Source: Candidatus Woesearchaeota archaeon (GTDB lineage: Archaea > Nanobdellota > Nanobdellia > Woesearchaeales > UBA9642). From it: 51,204 nucleotides of DNA. The position numbers and the translations under genes were made by a program. The notes beneath the pieces were generated by a model that saw only the letters and a list, made by a program, of their open reading frames with translations, had not been told where the DNA came from and ran no database searches. The stretch is taken from the NCBI GenBank assembly GCA_013330595.1, contig DUIB01000063.1, positions 1 through 51,204 on the forward strand, written 5' to 3'. This document shows, one piece after another, positions 1 through 8,741 of this stretch; the first letter of the stretch is position 1; every line of letters begins with the position of its first letter.

Positions 1-14
1 TTACGATTTCCGTT

Positions 15-149
15 AATTTTTTATACGTCAGAAATACCACTCATCTATGATGAGTGGAAAAGCCATGCTTATCCTTCTGATATACATGGACTGGTATTTC
101 TGATCGTGATCAAGAACAAACATGATTGCTAGCAATCATGCCACCGGTC
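15..149. repeat. 135-bp structured intergenic repeat, copy 1
   Basis: Reverse complement of 34013-34147 with one mismatch; nested stems tcagaaatacca/tggtatttctga and ccactcatc/gatgagtgg; perfect palindrome catgattgctagcaatcatg (121-140). Confidence 0.95.
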
Positions 150-251
150 TTTGACATTTTTTATAAAACATTAAACTGATTTTGGTTGCTGAAAAATAAA
201 ATACAAATTCAAACATAAAACTTTATAAACCGTCCTCAACAACTTTCTCTG

Positions 252-446
252 ATGGTAAAATATAAGATTGAACTTGATAGAGAGACATGCATTGGTTGTG
301 GAGCATGTACTGTTGCTTGTGATAATTTCGTCACAGATGGAGATAAGGCAAAAGTCGTGAAATCAGAAGTAGATTCTCTAGGCTGCAACCAAGATGCAGC
401 AGACGGTTGCCCTGTGAGTGCAATAAAAGTGACGAAGATAGAATAG
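252..446 (+). CDS. Ferredoxin (single Fe-S cluster)
   Basis: CIGCGAC...CP motif in 64 aa; TTTATAAA TATA box just upstream. Confidence 0.92.
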   Translation: MVKYKIELDRETCIGCGACTVACDNFVTDGDKAKVVKSEVDSLGCNQDAADGCPVSAIKVTKIE

Positions 447-448
447 AA

Positions 449-1186
449 TTATTTCTTACTGTTTTTCCACATTAGCTTGAATTGATTAAGGTATGATTGT
501 GCATTATCTTTATTCTTTATAACAATTGCTATAGGCGGTTTTGCTGTCCATATACAAAGAATAACAGTATCATTATATATGAATGTGTCTGTCAAACTTA
601 TGAATTCTTCTGTATGGAAACGATATTCGCCGACATATTCCTTAAGTAAAGTCGGATTTTGTGTTCTTACGGATTTATTAAATATAACTTTTGAATGTAT
701 TTTTTGTATTTTCTTCTGTTTCTGCCAAATATAGAAGTAAGATCCCATAATTTCTTTGAATATTCCTGACACTCCAAAATCATAATATGCTCCATCAATT
801 CCTAATTCTTCAAGTAATTGATCGAATACTGTCCTAAGTCCTTTCACTCCAGAATAAATCATTATATGCTGTTGCTCTTTTGCCAGCGATTGTTTGAGCA
901 ATAGTTTTGGAAGTATTTCTTTTAATCTTTCTTCTCTTTCCTTGAGCAGAGTCATGAACTCTTCCGGAGATGCTGCTGCAAAATGTTGTTTTTTTTCAAT
1001 GATTATAGAAGATACTAATCCTTTCTCCTTTAATCTTTCAAGAATCTGGTACGTTGTTGCGCGATGTAACCCTGTTTTTTTAATAATAGGACCAACAAGT
1101 GAGGATCCCTGTTCAAGCAATGCTATATAAATGACCGCTTCTGAATCGGTAAGTCCGAGATCCTTAAGCATTGCTTGTTCATCCAT
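449..1186 (-). CDS. TrmB-family transcriptional regulator
   Basis: N-terminal LKDLGLTDSEAVIYIALL...HRATTYQILERLKEKGLV wHTH; C-terminal PLD-like domain (IYNDTV...QFKLMWK). Confidence 0.9.
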   Translation of the reverse strand: MDEQAMLKDLGLTDSEAVIYIALLEQGSSLVGPIIKKTGLHRATTYQILERLKEKGLVSSIIIEKKQHFAAASPEEFMTLLKEREERLKEILPKLLLKQSLAKEQQHIMIYSGVKGLRTVFDQLLEELGIDGAYYDFGVSGIFKEIMGSYFYIWQKQKKIQKIHSKVIFNKSVRTQNPTLLKEYVGEYRFHTEEFISLTDTFIYNDTVILCIWTAKPPIAIVIKNKDNAQSYLNQFKLMWKNSKK

Positions 1187-1223
1187 TTTTGTTTATGGTC
1201 TTAAATCTATATAAATATTGTGT

Positions 1224-1249
1224 TTTGTAATCTTATATAAGACTACAAA
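1224..1249. promoter_or_regulatory. Putative operator palindrome between the TrmB gene and its divergent neighbour
   Basis: tttgtaatcttatataagactacaaa, 26-bp palindrome with one mismatched pair, between divergent TATA-like boxes. Confidence 0.55.
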
Positions 1250-1309
1250 TGTTTATATACTCATTCAATTATATAACTATTAAACAGTGGTTACATAGGA
1301 GGATGTCAA

Positions 1310-1756
1310 ATGATAAATCTACAGTATAACGCATGCATCAGTATCAAAAAAATGTTAGTTAAATATGATGGATTCGAAGCAATAATCAAGAGTACAAAAA
1401 GATTCTCATATATTCCAAGAGATGAAAGTGAATCAGATATAGAACTTCGATTAAAAGGCAATCCAAATATAAAGGCATCAGTACAAGAGATTAAAAAAAC
1501 ATTAACAATAGATGCATTGTACGGAGAATCACGAAACCTGAATAATTCTGAACATATTATATCAGAACTATTTATAATGAATGATTTAGAAACAGTAATC
1601 GAGATAATCGAACATAATTTGAACCCTGTCGATCAGTATGAATATACAGAGCCACATAGAGAAACATCCATTTATATCGGTTCAGAATCAGAAACTTCAA
1701 AGAATAAATATTATGATGACTTTCTAAATAGAATACACTCAATTGTAATAAAATAG
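1310..1756 (+). CDS. Hypothetical protein
   Basis: 148-aa ORF with GGAGG SD upstream; no recognisable motif. Confidence 0.65.
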   Translation: MINLQYNACISIKKMLVKYDGFEAIIKSTKRFSYIPRDESESDIELRLKGNPNIKASVQEIKKTLTIDALYGESRNLNNSEHIISELFIMNDLETVIEIIEHNLNPVDQYEYTEPHRETSIYIGSESETSKNKYYDDFLNRIHSIVIK

Positions 1757-1765
1757 ATATAATGA

Positions 1766-2410
1766 ACCTCCCCGCCCTAAAGGGCGAGGTATCTAGTGTG
1801 CAAACGAAGTAACTTTCGTTTGTTGGAAATAATTCCAGTGGTTGTTGCTTTCAGCAATGTAATGCTGAATCGTATCAGCAGTAACATTCCCAACACTTCG
1901 ATAAAATTTTCCTGGACTCCAAAAATGTCCTTTGCGAAAATTTTTATATCTTCGAAGCGAAGGATGCTTTTTAAAGAGCTGATATGCACTTCCGCCCTTA
2001 AAAATTTGCAAAGCTTTGCAAACAGGTATTGTTGCTGGAACACCCACAAAAAGATGGATGTGGTCATCCATTACTTTCAGTTCAAAGATTTCAAATCCCC
2101 ATCGCTCGGCGATGGAACGCAAGATTGTATAACAATCTTGGCGTAAGTTTTCCAATCCAAAGATTGGAAAAGCGTACTTTGGTTTCCACACAAGGTGGAA
2201 ACAATTTTGTCCGACAGAATGCCTGTTGTTTGTTAAACCTTCCATTTTCGTTGCCTCCGTGCAACGAAAAATTCATAGCTCACGCTAAATTGATGTGAAA
2301 ATTTAGGTGCGTGTGCCAAAAATTCGGTGCACGCATTATTTATGATTAAAAGAATAGAAAAAGTTAACGGAGGAAAGGACTACAACCCGGCTTGAAAGCC
2401 GAGGTATCCT
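1766..2410. mobile_element. IS200/IS605-family element, tnpA only
   Basis: Y1 transposase flanked by related end hairpins acctccccgccctaaagggcgaggtatc (1766-1793) and acccggcttgaaagccgaggtatc (~2385-2408); exact ends approximate. Confidence 0.85.
1793..2245 (-). CDS. tnpA: IS200/IS605 Y1 (HUH) transposase
   Basis: HLVWKPKY, DHIHLF (HUH), FKGGSA, FWSPGKFYRSVG, HYI catalytic Tyr. Confidence 0.95.
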   Translation of the reverse strand: MEGLTNNRHSVGQNCFHLVWKPKYAFPIFGLENLRQDCYTILRSIAERWGFEIFELKVMDDHIHLFVGVPATIPVCKALQIFKGGSAYQLFKKHPSLRRYKNFRKGHFWSPGKFYRSVGNVTADTIQHYIAESNNHWNYFQQTKVTSFAH

Positions 2411-2423
2411 TTATATGTAATGA

Positions 2424-2972
2424 ATGGGAAATAATATGGAATATGAAAAGAAGCTTGATGAAAATGCTGTAGATTATTTCGAAGATAGACTTCGTTCGAA
2501 TTTAGAATTTGATTATCAAAGATGTTCTTATAATAAACTAGATTGGGATATACAGGGATATCTTTCTTATTATAATGGTGAAAGGTTCTATATTGCAATC
2601 AGAGATTTTATCAGAAAAAACATTGCAGGCGATTTAATGAATGCCAAGTATTCTGTATTAGATGCTCGCAAAACATCTTTTAACTTAAAAACTATAACGA
2701 ATGAATTTGAAAAGATCAAAAAATATGAGGTAAAGGGATCTAAATTAGGGGAAATTGAGATACATCGAAGATATAAATATGGTTTTCTTGGTTTACTAAA
2801 AAATGTTATGGATCCGTACGAATCTGCAAAATTTAGTCAATGGTCGTTCAAAAAAGAATTTTATGCTCAGACAATTCCTTACGAAAGATGTTTAGATCCG
2901 TATACAGAATTACTCATCGCCGATTGTGAGTCATTGAAAGAATATATAGAAAGGAAGGATAAATTTAGATAA
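2424..2972 (+). CDS. Hypothetical protein
   Basis: 182-aa ORF; no recognisable motif. Confidence 0.6.
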   Translation: MGNNMEYEKKLDENAVDYFEDRLRSNLEFDYQRCSYNKLDWDIQGYLSYYNGERFYIAIRDFIRKNIAGDLMNAKYSVLDARKTSFNLKTITNEFEKIKKYEVKGSKLGEIEIHRRYKYGFLGLLKNVMDPYESAKFSQWSFKKEFYAQTIPYERCLDPYTELLIADCESLKEYIERKDKFR

Positions 2973-3025
2973 GAATAATACTTTAATATCAAAAACAATA
3001 TAAACAGCATTATCCTCTTCATCTC

Positions 3026-5434
3026 ATGCACGATTCTATTAACGGATTCATAGTTTATCCTACGTACAGGATTGTTGATGATGAATCAGAGGAGGGCAAA
3101 GCGAAGAGGAGAAAGAAGGCTCTTGTTTATCTATTCGGCAGATTGGAGAATGGTGAATCATTTCTAACAATTAATCATGTCAGGCCGTACTTCTATGTAA
3201 AGACAGAAGATCTTAAAAACACCAAGCTACAGAAGGCATTGAAGGATTTTGATGCTGTTACAGAGGATTCTGATTTCAGGAATTTTGAGGATGAAAACGT
3301 TACAAAGATCATATTATGGATTCCCGCCGATGTCGCTAAGTTCAGGAAGTATCTTGAAGAGATAAACATTGAATGCTATGAGGCTGATATCAGATTCTAT
3401 CAGAGGTTCTTGATAGACAAAGATATTAAAGGATCATTAACAATAAAAGGGGATTTCAAGAAAGGAAACTATGTTGATAGGATCTATGAAGAGCCAGAAT
3501 TAAAAAGTTCTAAATTGATTCCAGACTTAAAGGTCTTGTCAATTGACATTGAAACAGACAGCAAGGCAAAAGGAATATATTGCATCTCATTATATACAGA
3601 AGGATTAAACAATAAATCTTCTTACAAACAAGTGCTTCTTCATGCATCAGACAAGGACATAGGAAAACCATTGCATAATGCAATCTCAATAAATACTGAA
3701 AAAGAGATGCTTGAAAAGTTTTCTGAATTAGTCAAAGAGATTGATCCTGACATAATTACGGGATGGAATGTAATTGATTTTGATTTAAAGCTTATTAAAG
3801 AGAAATTTGACAAATATAATATTCCGTTTACTTTAGGAAGAATTGATTGGCCTTGTAAGATTGAAATTAATGATAGTTTTATGAGAGATTCTTCAGCAGA
3901 TTTTCCTGGAAGAATGGTGCTTGATGGAATACAAATGCTTAGGACAAGCTTTGTCAAACTAGATAATTATAAACTAGAAACAGCAGCTCAAGCATATCTA
4001 GGAGAAAAGAAATTAATAGGACAGAAGAACAAAGCAGAAGAGATCGATAATTTATATAAGAATGATCAGCAAAAATTAGTTGATTATAACCTAAAGGATT
4101 CTGAACTCGTATACAAAATATTATTTAAGACATCTGCAATACAATTAACAATCCAAAGATCAATGATAACAGGAATGACTTTAGAAAGAGTTCGTGCAAG
4201 TGTAGCAAGTCTGGATAGCTTATTCTTAAGATATGCCAAACACCATAAACTTGTTTTGAATAGTACAAAATTCTCTGAAAAAGATGTTCCTTTCAAAGGA
4301 GGCTTTGTTATGAAGTCCAAACCCGGAATATATGATTATGTTTTAGTCCTAGATTTCAAAAGTCTGTATCCTTCAATAATCAGGACATTGAATATTGATC
4401 CATATTCATATGTTAAGAATCCTCCTAAAATTTTGAATAAAGACAAATTTATTCAAGCTGCAAATGGAGCTGTATTCAAGAATCAAGATGGAATACTTCC
4501 AAGCATAATTCAGGACGTATGGAAACAAAGAGATGATGCGAAAAAGAAAAAAGCCCAGGCTCATGTAATATATGCATTAAAGATCATAATGAACTCATTT
4601 TATGGAGTTCTAGGCAACCCTTCTTGCAGGTTCTATAATCCTGCAATGAGCAATGCAATAACATATACTGCAGAAGAGACAATCAAGCTGGCAGCAAAGA
4701 AAGTCGAGGAATTAGGATATGAAGTGATATATTCAGACACTGATTCAATATTTCTCGTCAGCAAAGCAAAAAATATCAGTGATGCAGAGAATATAGGAAA
4801 AAAGATAGAGAAACACGTAAATGATTTTTATGAAGATTACATCAAAGAAAGATATCATAGGAAAAGCTTTTTTGAAATACAATTCGAGAAGCTCTTCAAA
4901 GTATTCTTAATGCCTACAATTCGCGGTTCTGAAGAAGGCGCAAAGAAGAGATATGCGGGTTTATTGATTGTTGATGGAAAGGAAGAGATGAGCTTTACAG
5001 GAATGGAATTTGTCAGAGGAGACTGGACTGAATTAAGCAAGAAGTTCCAGATAGAATTATTTGAAAAAGTCTTCAATAAGGAAGAAGTTTCTGGATATAT
5101 TAAGAAATTTGTTGATGATCTGAAAAAAGGCAAATATGATGATAAATTAATTTATAAGAAAAGCATTAACAAGCCATTATCAGAATACACAAAGACAACT
5201 CCTCCACATGTTAAAGCAGCAAGACAATTGAAGAAACTTACTTCAAATCAAATATTTTACATTATAACGAAAAACGGTCCAGAGCCTGTTGAGAAGCTTA
5301 AACATAAGCCAGATTATGATCATTATATCGATAAGCAATTGAAACCGATTGCTGACACTATTCTTTCTGTATACGGAAAAAACTTTGATGATATATTTAG
5401 AAACTCTACACAATCAAGTCTGTTTGGATATTGA
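3026..5434 (+). CDS. polB: Family B DNA polymerase, intact exonuclease and polymerase domains
   Basis: Exo motifs DIE, GWNVIDFD, YNLKD; pol motifs DFKSLYPS, KIIMNSFYG, YSDTDS, KKRY; C-terminal PIP box QSSLFGY. Confidence 0.97.
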   Translation: MHDSINGFIVYPTYRIVDDESEEGKAKRRKKALVYLFGRLENGESFLTINHVRPYFYVKTEDLKNTKLQKALKDFDAVTEDSDFRNFEDENVTKIILWIPADVAKFRKYLEEINIECYEADIRFYQRFLIDKDIKGSLTIKGDFKKGNYVDRIYEEPELKSSKLIPDLKVLSIDIETDSKAKGIYCISLYTEGLNNKSSYKQVLLHASDKDIGKPLHNAISINTEKEMLEKFSELVKEIDPDIITGWNVIDFDLKLIKEKFDKYNIPFTLGRIDWPCKIEINDSFMRDSSADFPGRMVLDGIQMLRTSFVKLDNYKLETAAQAYLGEKKLIGQKNKAEEIDNLYKNDQQKLVDYNLKDSELVYKILFKTSAIQLTIQRSMITGMTLERVRASVASLDSLFLRYAKHHKLVLNSTKFSEKDVPFKGGFVMKSKPGIYDYVLVLDFKSLYPSIIRTLNIDPYSYVKNPPKILNKDKFIQAANGAVFKNQDGILPSIIQDVWKQRDDAKKKKAQAHVIYALKIIMNSFYGVLGNPSCRFYNPAMSNAITYTAEETIKLAAKKVEELGYEVIYSDTDSIFLVSKAKNISDAENIGKKIEKHVNDFYEDYIKERYHRKSFFEIQFEKLFKVFLMPTIRGSEEGAKKRYAGLLIVDGKEEMSFTGMEFVRGDWTELSKKFQIELFEKVFNKEEVSGYIKKFVDDLKKGKYDDKLIYKKSINKPLSEYTKTTPPHVKAARQLKKLTSNQIFYIITKNGPEPVEKLKHKPDYDHYIDKQLKPIADTILSVYGKNFDDIFRNSTQSSLFGY

Positions 5435-5508
5435 AAATTTCTTCTGGAATTTTCAATTCCAAAAACCGCGCAACAATTGATTTTGTCTTTAGATTCATGC
5501 GGTTTTTG
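5432..5508. terminator. Tandem hairpins between convergent genes
   Basis: ttgaaaatt/aattttcaa and caaaaaccgc/gcggtttttg stems. Confidence 0.45.
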
Positions 5509-5511
5509 TTA

Positions 5512-5982
5512 CTAGATCTTTCTCAGAAACTCTCTTGCCTTATCTTCAAACTGATTATTCCAGACTTCTTTTGTTAATAATGTTAATGTTGCTCTTGGTT
5601 TTTTTCCAATAAGCTTCTGCATTACAGCGAATGATCTCTTGCTTCCTGATCCTCCCATTGTGCAGAAGAATGATATTGATTTATTCTTGAGAATGTCCTT
5701 ATTTTCCTTAATATAAATCCTTAATGCAGGAGTTATTGTCCATGCCCATACTGGATTTCCCAAAATAATAATATCATAATCCTGAGGATTTCTTTTTAAT
5801 GGTTGTATCTTTGTGATCTTTTTTAAAGAAGCATCTTTTCCTGCTGTAATGTATCTTATTGGACCAGCACGGTTTTTCTTGTCAATAATCTCTTCAATAT
5901 GTGCGCTCATCCTATTAGCCATGTATTCAGCCACTTTTTTTGTTGTTCCTGTCCTAGAATAATATACTACGAGTATTTTCAT
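5512..5982 (-). CDS. Flavodoxin-family protein
   Basis: KILVVYYSRTGTTKKVA FMN-binding loop; GNPVW; FFCTMGG. Confidence 0.92.
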   Translation of the reverse strand: MKILVVYYSRTGTTKKVAEYMANRMSAHIEEIIDKKNRAGPIRYITAGKDASLKKITKIQPLKRNPQDYDIIILGNPVWAWTITPALRIYIKENKDILKNKSISFFCTMGGSGSKRSFAVMQKLIGKKPRATLTLLTKEVWNNQFEDKAREFLRKI

Positions 5983-6275
5983 GATCTTTGCAAGTATCCT
6001 GGTTGAGGCTCGAATATTAATCCGTCTCTCTTAAGTTTTTCAATTAATGCAGTTATCTCCATCTCAGTCATGCCCTGACTCTCTGCTTCAACAATGAGTT
6101 TTTCTGTCTGGATCTTTCTCTTTTTTGCTGACACTTCATCAAATATTGTAAGTAATTTAATCTTACTGTCCATCTCAAAATCATCCATCATAGAAGTGGC
6201 CAGCTGTCGCTGTAATTTCATTACTTCATCAAACTCAGTATCATCTAGTACTCCCATTGCCAACCCCCTAAGCAT
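5979..6275 (-). CDS. Small winged-helix protein resembling the archaeal MCM C-terminal domain (start possibly 6257)
   Basis: IEKLKRDGLIFEPQPGYLQR resembles MCM C-terminal WH; 4-nt overlap with the flavodoxin gene. Confidence 0.6.
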   Translation of the reverse strand: MLRGLAMGVLDDTEFDEVMKLQRQLATSMMDDFEMDSKIKLLTIFDEVSAKKRKIQTEKLIVEAESQGMTEMEITALIEKLKRDGLIFEPQPGYLQRS

Positions 6276-6417
6276 AAAAGTGAGAGAAATTTAAATAGTT
6301 ATCGGAATTAGTATATAAAAAAGTATATTAAGGTTAATAATAGATTTACTCACTTGTAAAATACACTAAAAGTTTATATACGCTCTCCTCAATAATAGAG
6401 TGTTCGGGGGTGCTTTA

Positions 6418-6576
6418 ATGGAGATCATTAAAACTATAAGAGACAATAATTATGAGCAGGTAAATCATATAAAGATCGAGGCAGGGAATTACACACATAG
6501 ACAGATCGAAACCAAAGACGGAAAAACATACATGAGGATCAAGCAGAGAAGATTGTTTGAGATTGATTCGACTTAA
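6418..6576 (+). CDS. 52-aa small protein (not in ORF track)
   Basis: MEIIKTIRDNNYEQ...KQRRLFEIDST; GGGGGTG SD and AAAAGTTTATATA BRE/TATA upstream. Confidence 0.55.
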   Translation: MEIIKTIRDNNYEQVNHIKIEAGNYTHRQIETKDGKTYMRIKQRRLFEIDST

Positions 6577-7284
6577 TTATTTTACAATCTTCCACATGAA
6601 TTCAAATTGATTTCTATACGCTTTTGCAGCTTCTTTGCTTTTTATTAGCACAATAACAGGTGGTTCAATAAACCATAATAATATTGCAACCTTATCTCCA
6701 TAGATAAGTGTTGTTGCAGGTCCAGAGAATTCTTTTGGAATTGACTTAAATACAGAATACTTAGATTCAAGAATCTTCTCACCTTTAGTATAGAACTGTC
6801 TTGCATGAATTTTTTTTACTTCCCTTTCTCTAAGATACTTTTTTGTATATTCTGGAAGAAGATGATACATGCGATCTGTGGCTCCGAATCCGACAAAATC
6901 CTTTCCTTCATGTAATATGTCGTTTAGAACTGTTTTCAATCCTTCTTTTCCTTCATATGTTTCTATGATTGGTTTTGGTTTAAAGGATCGATATATCTTT
7001 GTAAGATTAGGCATAATGTCTTGAAGTGATTTCTCCCTTTCAACAAGATAATCTCTTAATTTTTCAGGAGGAGCTATGCGATAATATGTTTTATTATTTG
7101 TGATAATATAATTGACCAATCCTTTTTTTATAAGTCCTCTTAATGAATCATAAATATTGGTTCTATCCTCTTTTGTTCTTTTTGCAATATCGCCTGCTTT
7201 TGCCTGCTCTAATTCAAGCAATGCAAGATATGCCCTTGCCTCTCTTTTTGTAAGACCTAATTCAACAAGCTTCTCTGTATCCAT
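6577..7284 (-). CDS. TrmB-family transcriptional regulator
   Basis: LVELGLTKREARAYLALL...RTNIYDSLRGLIKKGLV; IYGDKVAI; QFEFMWK. Confidence 0.9.
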   Translation of the reverse strand: MDTEKLVELGLTKREARAYLALLELEQAKAGDIAKRTKEDRTNIYDSLRGLIKKGLVNYIITNNKTYYRIAPPEKLRDYLVEREKSLQDIMPNLTKIYRSFKPKPIIETYEGKEGLKTVLNDILHEGKDFVGFGATDRMYHLLPEYTKKYLREREVKKIHARQFYTKGEKILESKYSVFKSIPKEFSGPATTLIYGDKVAILLWFIEPPVIVLIKSKEAAKAYRNQFEFMWKIVK

Positions 7285-7313
7285 AAACCGTGGAGCGTTT
7301 ATGAAATTATAAA

Positions 7314-7335
7314 TGTTGTGTATATTTATACAACA
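7314..7335. promoter_or_regulatory. Putative operator inverted repeat between the TrmB gene and the divergent 346-aa gene
   Basis: tgttgt-N10-acaaca between two TATA-like boxes. Confidence 0.4.
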
Positions 7336-7369
7336 AGAATTTAAATAATGTTACTATTTCTTAGTTAGT

Positions 7370-8410
7370 ATGGAACTAAGCAATGTTATTGATAATCATA
7401 ATCGTTCAAAAGAGATTATAGAAAAACTACTTTCAAAAAAAATATCAAGAGATATGCCTTCAAAATTGTTTAAAATTGAACAGATAATAGGAGAAAAAAT
7501 TCAACGAAATCAATATATAGAATTATTAGGATTATGGGGCGGCTCAAAAGAAGGAATACCTGGAGATGAAGCTGATAAAAAAAGCTTAGATTCATTGGTT
7601 TACATTAGGAATAAAAGCAGAGATATAAGAATATCTTTATTATTTTGTGATTTTCACCATCATTATGCAAATAATGTATCTTGGGAAGAAACGATAAAAT
7701 ATTTTGAAGTTTTATACAACATATGCGATCAATCAAATATATACCTAATTAAATTGTCAGATCATGCATTTATGACAACTAAAAAAACTGATAATGAAGA
7801 TGATAAAAATACATTGAAAAGTGTATATAATGATAAAATTTTATCTTATTTACCAATATCGAAGGATTTTTATCAAATAATAAAAAAGTTAAAATATGGT
7901 GCAAATAAACATTATAGAGATGAAACACTTAAAGACTATAATTTACGATGGAAAAAATCGATAGCAAACTCGGAGGAAAAATATTCGAAATCAATCGAAA
8001 TAACGAACAAACAGGTCGAGAGACTTGAACAATATTTAAAAAATATTTCTGAAAAATATAAAAGAAAAGAAAGGTTACAGAAAATATTAAATACTACAAA
8101 GGAAAGATTAAACTCAATAAAAAATCATGCAAGATGGGAATCAGAAAATATAAAAAAGGACATTGATAGAATATTAATACCTTCCATCGAGTATTACGTT
8201 GATCTTGAAATTCACTTTTTAAAAATAATAAAAGAAAAATACCCGGATACTATTTTCTTCTCTTTTTCTGATCCAGACATCCAGAAACCGATAGCGGAAG
8301 CAGCTAATGTTCCAATGTTCTATTTTCATGCTGATATGCATGGAGGAAAGTTCAAGAACCATGTTCCCTGGTATTCTGGCACCGTTGATTCTGAAAAACA
8401 GCAATCTTAA
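7370..8410 (+). CDS. Hypothetical protein with a coiled-coil-like insert
   Basis: 346-aa ORF; LWGGSK and CDFHHHYAN segments; charged helical middle. Confidence 0.7.
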   Translation: MELSNVIDNHNRSKEIIEKLLSKKISRDMPSKLFKIEQIIGEKIQRNQYIELLGLWGGSKEGIPGDEADKKSLDSLVYIRNKSRDIRISLLFCDFHHHYANNVSWEETIKYFEVLYNICDQSNIYLIKLSDHAFMTTKKTDNEDDKNTLKSVYNDKILSYLPISKDFYQIIKKLKYGANKHYRDETLKDYNLRWKKSIANSEEKYSKSIEITNKQVERLEQYLKNISEKYKRKERLQKILNTTKERLNSIKNHARWESENIKKDIDRILIPSIEYYVDLEIHFLKIIKEKYPDTIFFSFSDPDIQKPIAEAANVPMFYFHADMHGGKFKNHVPWYSGTVDSEKQQS

Positions 8411-8438
8411 TAAAACATTTCTTATTCTTTTTAATTGC

Positions 8439-8594
8439 GGGCGTGTAGCGCAGCTTGGATACTTCGCTTCTGGGCGAAGGCTCAGGCGCAGCCAGAGAGC
8501 GCGAAGCACTCCTAAAACCTTTTTGCAAGCAAAAAGCTTTACCAAAAAGGCAGAAGAGATGCTTAGGTCGTGGGTTCGAATCCCATCACGCCCG
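8439..8594 (+). tRNA. tRNA-Arg(CCU) with two introns (8461-8497 at 20a/21; 8515-8558 at 37/38)
   Basis: Acceptor GGGCGTG/CACGCCC, D stem GCGC/GCGC, anticodon stem AAGCA/TGCTT, CCT at 8511-8513, T arm GTGGG-TTCGAAT-CCCAT; BHB geometry at the D-loop intron. Confidence 0.9.
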
Positions 8595-8651
8595 TTTTTG
8601 TTGCTTTAGCAACCTTTTTTGATTAAACTTTTTTCTAAAAAGTTTAGTGGA

Positions 8652-8668
8652 AATCCCATCATGCCCGT
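8652..8668 (+). repeat. Duplicated tRNA 3' end (att-like)
   Basis: aatcccatcatgcccgt matches 8579-8595 at 16 of 17 nt. Confidence 0.75.
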
Positions 8669-8741
8669 ATACCATTACTTCTTTACTGATTTTCCGATTT
8701 TTGAACAAAATGTAAGGGTAATGATCGATTAAGAAAAAAGT

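Noticed and set aside
1777-2298. Alternative ORFs overlapping tnpA, possible tnpB
   Set aside because: No RuvC or zinc-finger motifs; these are antisense or out-of-frame shadows
8219-8609. ORFs of 108 and 100 aa
   Set aside because: They overlap the intron-containing tRNA-Arg and are shadow ORFs
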